DNA from: an uncultured Gammaproteobacteria bacterium
GTDB taxonomy: Bacteria > Pseudomonadota > Gammaproteobacteria > Steroidobacterales > Steroidobacteraceae
DNA: 64,000 nt
Assembly (NCBI GenBank): GCA_963834855.1
Contig: CAWIDH010000031.1
Span: 42,779 to 106,778, forward strand
Reading direction: 5' to 3'
Each line of letters opens with the position of its first letter. Position 1 is the stretch's first letter. The notes below the pieces were generated by a model that was given only the letters and a program-made list of their open reading frames with translations, was not told the origin of the DNA and did not search any database. Both the position numbers and the translations under genes were made by a program. Positions 58,830 through 64,000 of this stretch are shown in pieces.

Positions 58830-59597
58830 TCAGCCGCGGACCGTGTATCCGCCGTCGACAACGAGCGTCGCGCCAGTGACGAACGATGCCGCATCGCTCG
58901 CGAGGAAGTGAATGGCGGAGGCGATCTCCGCCGGCTCGGCGACCCTCCCGAGCAGCGCGTAACCGGCGGTACTGCGACGCAGGTCCTCCTCGGTCACCCC
59001 GCGCGCCGCCGCCTCGCGGATGTGGTGATCGGTCAGCGTGGCGCCAGGGCAGACCGCATTGACGCGAATTCCGTCCCGCCCATGATCGACAGCGAGGCTG
59101 CGCATGATGCCGAGGACGCCGGCCTTGGTCATGTCGTACAGCGTCATGCCAGGTGGCGCGAGCAGGGCATTGATGGATGAGACGATCACGATGCGACCAT
59201 CGCGCCGTGCCGCCATCGCCGGCAGCACGGCGCGGCAGCAGTTGACCACCCCCTTGAGGTTGACTGCGACGAGTCGCTCCCAGTCGGACTCGGTCGCGTC
59301 GAGCAGTCGGCCGGGCGTCTGGATACCGGCGTTTGCCACCAGGACATCCAACCTGCCCCAGCGGTCGGTCGCCTGGCGCGCCATCGATTCGCAGGCGTCG
59401 GCCTCGGCGACATCGCACCCGATGCCGATTGCATCGACACCATGCATGTCGCAGGCCCGCGCCGCCGAAGCCCGCGCGGCCGCGGTATCCCTGTCGGCGG
59501 CGACGACCCTGTAGCCATGCTGCGCGAAGAGCTCCACACAGGCTCGACCGATCCCGGCACCGCCGCCAGTGACGATGCACACCGGGGCCGTGGTCAT
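58830..59597 (-). CDS. short-chain dehydrogenase/reductase (arm B, SDR-2, intact)
   Basis: 255 aa. CIVTGGGAGIGRA, ANAG, YDMTKAGVLG, VNAVCPG. Confidence 0.9.
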   Translation of the reverse strand: MTTAPVCIVTGGGAGIGRACVELFAQHGYRVVAADRDTAAARASAARACDMHGVDAIGIGCDVAEADACESMARQATDRWGRLDVLVANAGIQTPGRLLDATESDWERLVAVNLKGVVNCCRAVLPAMAARRDGRIVIVSSINALLAPPGMTLYDMTKAGVLGIMRSLAVDHGRDGIRVNAVCPGATLTDHHIREAAARGVTEEDLRRSTAGYALLGRVAEPAEIASAIHFLASDAASFVTGATLVVDGGYTVRG

Positions 59598-60019
59598 GTG
59601 TGCGCCGGTCTCGGCACGTAATCGATCACGCAGGTGCCTCCATGCCGCTGCATGCTCCTTGTATCGTACTCATGCAGCTCGATGAACACGCCGTTCGGGT
59701 CGCGCGTCGTCACCATCCACGTGTGGTCGCCGCCCAGCTGCTTGTCCGAAGCCTCGAACCCGGCGGTCAGCAATCGAGTACGGAGCGCGCCTATATTGTC
59801 GCTTTCGATCGCGAAGTGGCGGACCGCGCCCTCGCTGCGGACGCGTTCGACTCGAATGACCTCGAGGAACGTTTCGTCGTCGAACCGCAGGTAGAAGCCG
59901 ATCAGCAGCCCCGCCGGGTTGCGGAACTCGAACTGACGACGCAGGCCGAGGCAGGCGTAGAACCGCTCGGTGGCACCGAGGTCCGCCGATTCGATGCAGA
60001 CGTGAGCCAGCTTGATCAC
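59594..60019 (-). CDS. VOC/glyoxalase-family protein (arm B)
   Basis: 141 aa, about 87% nt identity by eye to 32661..33086. Confidence 0.8.
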   Translation of the reverse strand: MIKLAHVCIESADLGATERFYACLGLRRQFEFRNPAGLLIGFYLRFDDETFLEVIRVERVRSEGAVRHFAIESDNIGALRTRLLTAGFEASDKQLGGDHTWMVTTRDPNGVFIELHEYDTRSMQRHGGTCVIDYVPRPAHT

Positions 60020-60029
60020 GACACCTCCT

Positions 60030-61046
60030 TCAACCCTGCGTCCAGTCGAAGAGCACGCCGACGGCTTCCTCGCGGCGCTCCGACACCAGCGCGTAGGCCG
60101 CCGCGCAGTCCTCGGGTGCGAACTCGTGCGTGATCAGCCCATCGAGCGCGAACACCCCGTCGTGCACGAGCTTGAAGAACAGCTCGTCGATGCGCCGCTG
60201 CGTCCAGCCGCCGCGATCGTGGTGGTCGTGGGTGGCGACTATGGTCAGACCCTTGGTCATCACATCGGAGGTCAGGGACTGCTGCGCGGGAAATCCGGTA
60301 TCGCCGAGCAGCACCAGCTTGCCGAACGGCGCAGCGACGCCGAGCGCCGCGGCGAACACGGCCGGGTTGCCGGTCGTGTCGACCACCAGTTCGAACCCCT
60401 CGCCCTGGCTGGTATCGAGCAAGGTATCGCGCAGGTCGGCGAGACCGCCGCGATGGCAGTCAGTGGCACCGCCGCGCTCTGCCAGCCGCAAACGAAGCTC
60501 GGAAAGGTCGACGACCGCGATCCTCGCGAGCCCGGCGCATCGGGCCCAGCGCACGGCCATCTGTCCCACCGGACCGGCGCCGACGATAAGGACCGCGCCG
60601 CCGAGCGTGAACGGCGCGGCATGCGCCGTTCGAAACGCCGTCTTGGCGAGACCGCACCAGCAGGCAGATTTGAGATCGATTCCGTCCGGCACGCGCGAGC
60701 ATTGCGCGGCATCGAGCGTCCAGTGCGAGGTATGCGCCATGCGCATGAAGATGTGGTCGCCGGCTTCGAACTCCGTGACGCCGGGGCCGAGTTCCTCGAC
60801 GATGGCCACCGCCTGCACACCTGTCTTCAGCTGCGGGAACGAGAATCGTGCCGAGAAATGCGTTCCCGGGTCGTATTTCGCGTGCAGAATCGTCGTTTCC
60901 GTGCCGATGCTCATCAGGCTGTAGAGCGAGCGCACCCGGATCTCGGTCGCGCCGGGAGCGCGCGGCTCGAACGGCTCCAACCGTACCTGCCCTTTGGCAG
61001 GGAAGACGATCCGGCGATTCACGGCGGTGAACCGCCTTCGCTCCAC
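60030..61046 (-). CDS. MDR-superfamily oxidoreductase (arm B)
   Basis: 338 aa, about 90% identical by eye to 31634..32650. Confidence 0.85.
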   Translation of the reverse strand: MERRRFTAVNRRIVFPAKGQVRLEPFEPRAPGATEIRVRSLYSLMSIGTETTILHAKYDPGTHFSARFSFPQLKTGVQAVAIVEELGPGVTEFEAGDHIFMRMAHTSHWTLDAAQCSRVPDGIDLKSACWCGLAKTAFRTAHAAPFTLGGAVLIVGAGPVGQMAVRWARCAGLARIAVVDLSELRLRLAERGGATDCHRGGLADLRDTLLDTSQGEGFELVVDTTGNPAVFAAALGVAAPFGKLVLLGDTGFPAQQSLTSDVMTKGLTIVATHDHHDRGGWTQRRIDELFFKLVHDGVFALDGLITHEFAPEDCAAAYALVSERREEAVGVLFDWTQG

Positions 61047-61892
61047 CAGTCCGTGCCCGACACGCCGCGCAGGAAGACGTCACGTGTCTCGTCATCCTGC
61101 GCGAACATCGTCGCCAGCACCTTGCGTGCCGTGGCGTCCGCGGGCCAGCGCAGCTGCCGGCCGTCGGAGCGGGAGATCGTGACCAGCAGTTCGCCGACTT
61201 CGCGCGGGTCGAACGCCTGCGGCAGCCGGGACCGCAGCTCTCGAAGCCGGTGCTCGATCAGGGGTCGGTACGGCGAGTCCGCGGGCATACTCGGCGGGCA
61301 GCGGACCGGTGGCGGGAAGGCTCGAATCGAAGATTCGCGTCGCGTAGAGCGCGGGCTCGACGAGCGCCAGCCTGATGTTCCAGCGATCGACTTCGTGGCG
61401 CAGCGCCTCAGTCGCGCCTTCGACTGCGAACTTGCTGGCGGTGTATGGCACGTCGCCCGGCAACCCGGCTAGTCCTGAGAGCGAGCTGATCATGATGATG
61501 CAGCCGCTGCGCTGCCGGCGCATCTGGGGAAGCACGGCCCGGGTCAGGAGCAGGGGACCGAAGAAGTTGGTCTCCATGACCTCACGCAGCCCACGCTCGC
61601 CGAGATCCTCGAGCGCACCTGCCCGCAGCACGCCCGCATTGTTGACCAGCACGTCCAGCCGGCCGCAGTCGGCAACAATCGACTCGATCGTGCGCGCGAA
61701 TGAGTCCGGGCGCCTTACGTCGAGCGCGACGATCCGGATGTCCAGCCCGGTCGCGTCTGCGGCCGCGCGTAGTCCGATCCCCTTGCCGGTATCGCGCATC
61801 GAGGCGATGACGGTATCTCCCGCGCGCGCGAACGCGAGCGCCGCGGCCTCGCCCATGCCGCTGCTGCACCCGGTGATCAACACTACGGACAT
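61019..61892 (-). pseudogene. short-chain dehydrogenase/reductase (arm B, SDR-1), one frame break near 61290
   Basis: ATG at 61892 (MSVVLITGCSSGMGEAAA) in the frame of ORF 61092..62051. The C-terminal 89 aa are in ORF 61019..61288. It is collinear with the intact 30789..31661. Confidence 0.85.
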
Positions 61893-62920
61893 GACGGATA
61901 CCTCGGGGTAGGGCGAGCGCCTTCGTCGGGATAGCGCAGACCGATCTGCTCGCGGACCGCGTCCAGGGTCTGCATGATCGAAAGCGTCTCGTCGAGCGGC
62001 ATGACCGGGCTCTCGAGACGGCCGGTGCGCAGCGCAGCGGCCACCTCGCACAACTGGAAGGCGTGGCCGCTGCCCGTCACCGGGTAATGGCGTGTCGTGG
62101 CGTTGCCAGCCTCGTCCCAGATGGTCAGCGCTACGGGCCGGAACACCGGCGCCTCGATGCGGATCCTGCCTCGCTCGCCGAGGATTTCCAGGTCCGGCGG
62201 TCGGCTTGCGTGCAACGAAACGTACAGCATGGCCGCCGAGCCGTCCGCCTGTTCGAGCAGCACCGTGGTCTGCTCATCGATGCCTGTGTCCCCGTGGATC
62301 GCAGTCGCCCGTACCCTGACCGGCGTGCCCAGGATCATCGACGCCATCGACACCAGGTAGACACCCGCGTCGAGAAGGACGCCGCCGCCGAGCGACCGGT
62401 CGAACAGATAGTGGCCAGCGGGGCGGTCGGGGATAAAGGCGCCGCCGCCGACGATCAGTCGAAGGCGTCCGATCGCTTCCTCGGCGAGCAGCCGGCGGAG
62501 CGCGTCGATTGCCGGGAGGAAGCGGGTCCACATCGCCTCCATGACGAACAGGCGCTTGCGCCGCGCGACCGTGATTACGTCCGCTGCCTGTCCGGCGTTG
62601 AGCGTGAACGGCTTCTCGCACAGCACGGCCGTGCCGGCGGCGAGGCAGGCGAGCATGTTCGCGGCATGCAGGCTGTGTGGCGTCGCGACATAGATCGCAT
62701 CGACTCGTCCCTCGCGTGCCAGCTCCTCGTACTGTTCCAGCGCGGAGGGTATCCCATGGCGCGCGGCGAACTCCGCGGCCCTCGCATGTTGCCGCGAGGC
62801 GACGGCGACGAGCTCGTGACCGTCGCCGCGCAACGCGGCGAGCTCGGTGGCGATCGTCGCCGCCATTCGGCCAGTTCCGAGGATTCCCCAGCGCACGCGT
62901 TCCGGCAAGGTGGCGGCCAC
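61883..62920 (-). CDS. Gfo/Idh/MocA-family oxidoreductase (arm B, intact)
   Basis: 345 aa. RVRWGILGTGRMAATIA and VLCEKPFTLNAGQA. Confidence 0.9.
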   Translation of the reverse strand: MAATLPERVRWGILGTGRMAATIATELAALRGDGHELVAVASRQHARAAEFAARHGIPSALEQYEELAREGRVDAIYVATPHSLHAANMLACLAAGTAVLCEKPFTLNAGQAADVITVARRKRLFVMEAMWTRFLPAIDALRRLLAEEAIGRLRLIVGGGAFIPDRPAGHYLFDRSLGGGVLLDAGVYLVSMASMILGTPVRVRATAIHGDTGIDEQTTVLLEQADGSAAMLYVSLHASRPPDLEILGERGRIRIEAPVFRPVALTIWDEAGNATTRHYPVTGSGHAFQLCEVAAALRTGRLESPVMPLDETLSIMQTLDAVREQIGLRYPDEGARPTPRYPSCP

Positions 62921-62983
62921 GGCTGCCTCGATTCTCAGGGTGCGTCAGGATAGGCCATGCGGACGCCGCGCGACGGTTGCACT

Positions 62984-63063
62984 GCATGAAATGTTCTTAT
63001 CGACAGGATTACCGCCACGCAGGTTGACCGGTGGCGATAAGTTATGGTCATGTGAAGAATTAG
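62984..63063 (-). promoter_or_regulatory. arm-B copies of the two conserved non-coding boxes
   Basis: The reverse complement of 62984..63011 is identical to Box2 of arm A (28/28). The reverse complement of 63033..63063 matches Box1 at 29/31. Confidence 0.55.
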
Positions 63064-63298
63064 AGTGGATGGTAGTCACTGATCATGACGCCCGGTCACG
63101 GCCGTTGCGGATGACCTCGGGTTCCCATCATCGCAGTGGTTCGCCACCGTCTTCCGCCTGCCTTGGCGCGAGGTCATGCGCGACGATCGCCCCTACGACG
63201 CCTGCGGACACCTCGTGGCGCGTCTATGATGCACCGTCCTCATGGCGCCGTGTGCGCGTGAACGACTATCCCGTACAACCGACCATGCCGAGGGAGCC

Positions 63299-64000
63299 AT
63301 GCCCGTGAACGCAGTTTCCACCGCAGAGTGTGCTGCCGGTATCCGGGCTGCCCAGGTCGTCGTGCCGTGCGCCAGCCTGGCGCGGACGATCGAGTGTCTC
63401 ACCGATCTCGGTTTCATCGTCGATACAGTGGTGCCGGCGGATTCGCCGACAATAGTCATCGTCTCGGGACACGGCGTGACTCTGCGTCTGGAACAGGGCG
63501 GCGTCGAACGGGCGCCGCCCGTCACCCTTCGCCTGCTGTGCGACCCCGTGCCGCAACTTCGCGATGCCATGCAGCGCGCGCTCGCCGCAAATGGCATCGA
63601 CGTCCAATTCGCCGAGGCAGATCCGGCGGTGGAGGTTCCCGCCGCAGTGCAGCAGTTCGTGGTGACACGCCTCGAGGGCGAGCAATCCTGGCACGTCGGG
63701 CGCGCTGGCATGCTCTACCGCGACCTGATCCCGGACCGCCTGGGCGGCTGCGTCATCGCCTCGCACATTCGCGTCCCCGGTGGTGGCGAAGTGCCGGACT
63801 ACGTTCATTACCATCGCATTCGCTTTCAAATGATCTACTGCCGGTCCGGTTGGGCGAGACTGGTGTATGAAGACCAGGGCGAGCCTTTCCTGTTCAGCGC
63901 CGGGGACTGCGTGCTGCAGCCACCCGAAATCCGGCATCGAGTACTGGAGACGTCGGCGGGATTCGAAGTCATCGAAGTCGGTTGCCCGGCCTTGCATGCG
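63299..64000 (+). CDS. cupin-domain protein, 3'-truncated by the window edge
   Basis: Not in the supplied ORF track because there is no stop inside the window. ATG at 63299 is preceded by gagggag. My translation: MPVNAVSTAECAAGIRAAQVVVPCASLARTIECLTDLGF ... VPDYVHYHRIRFQMIYCRSGWARLVYEDQGEPFLFSAGDCVLQPPEIRHRVLE (cupin HxH...E / PxxxxH pattern). Confidence 0.65.
   Translation, partial: MPVNAVSTAECAAGIRAAQVVVPCASLARTIECLTDLGFIVDTVVPADSPTIVIVSGHGVTLRLEQGGVERAPPVTLRLLCDPVPQLRDAMQRALAANGIDVQFAEADPAVEVPAAVQQFVVTRLEGEQSWHVGRAGMLYRDLIPDRLGGCVIASHIRVPGGGEVPDYVHYHRIRFQMIYCRSGWARLVYEDQGEPFLFSAGDCVLQPPEIRHRVLETSAGFEVIEVGCPALHA

Larger units (their letters stand above)
55483..63063 (-). repeat. arm B of a diverged inverted segmental duplication
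   Basis: Gene order on the minus strand is boxes, Gfo, SDR1, MDR, VOC, SDR2, [epimerase], OCD, aminotransferase. Confidence 0.85.

Noticed and set aside
57679-59580. A 633-aa ORF suggesting a large fusion protein that spans the epimerase and the SDR-2 region.
   Set aside because: Only the last ~358 codons (from ATG 58755, which has a GGAGG Shine-Dalgarno) look like a real protein. The upstream part is an out-of-frame read-through of the SDR-2 gene (58830..59597), which has its own intact frame.
29614-63063. The inverted duplication as an assembly artefact, or as the terminal inverted repeats of a composite transposon.
   Set aside because: The arms are only about 80-90% identical, with many synonymous and non-synonymous differences and different indels, so they are not a collapsed or duplicated assembly product. 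I could recognise no transposase, integrase, IS end or target-site duplication.
1-64000. tRNA, rRNA, tmRNA, prophage or integrative-element hallmarks.
   Set aside because: I recognised none on either strand by eye. The only compositional island (38.2-40.7 kb) carries a single cargo gene and no mobility genes. A tRNAscan/Infernal run would be needed to exclude small RNAs formally.

Overview
A 64-kb, high-GC segment (about 65-70% by eye) from a Gram-negative, TonB-receptor-rich, proteobacterial-type chromosome.

**Left third (1-29.5 kb): ordinary catabolic genes.**
- Nucleoside/deoxyribose catabolism: nupC-deoB, and deoD-deoC followed by two ALDH genes.
- Sugar-acid catabolism: manD, kdgK, eda.
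- A LysR-linked operon of a TPP enzyme, an aminotransferase and an ALDH.
- An FAD-oxidoreductase/CN-hydrolase cluster, a P450, a PRTase and two TonB-dependent receptors.

**Right two thirds (29.6-63.1 kb): a quasi-palindromic accessory structure.**
- Two diverged inverted copies (about 80-90% identical by eye) of a 7-8 gene cluster sit at 29.6-38.2 kb (+) and 55.5-63.1 kb (-). The cluster encodes Gfo/Idh/MocA, SDR, MDR, VOC, SDR, ornithine cyclodeaminase and an aminotransferase.
- Between them lies a 17-kb core with a low-GC Kelch/FN3 lipoprotein gene, a TolB_N-TPR membrane protein, a mirrored pair of paralogous TonB-dependent receptors and an orphan protein.
- At the centre of the core is a ~1,716-codon gene: DUF4062 (TIR-like) head, nSTAND1 NTPase, TM helix, 14 WD40 repeats, Sel1 tail. 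This is my top candidate for an uncharacterised conflict or signalling system.

**Caveats.**
- The sequence as given has about 29 reading-frame breaks by manual count, and they are strongly concentrated in the four TonB-dependent receptor genes. I cannot tell from the sequence whether these are real pseudogenes or consensus/assembly indels. Every interrupted gene is labelled pseudogene with that caveat.
- I recognised no rRNA, tRNA, CRISPR array, transposase or integrase.
- All homology calls come from motif recognition by eye, not from searches.
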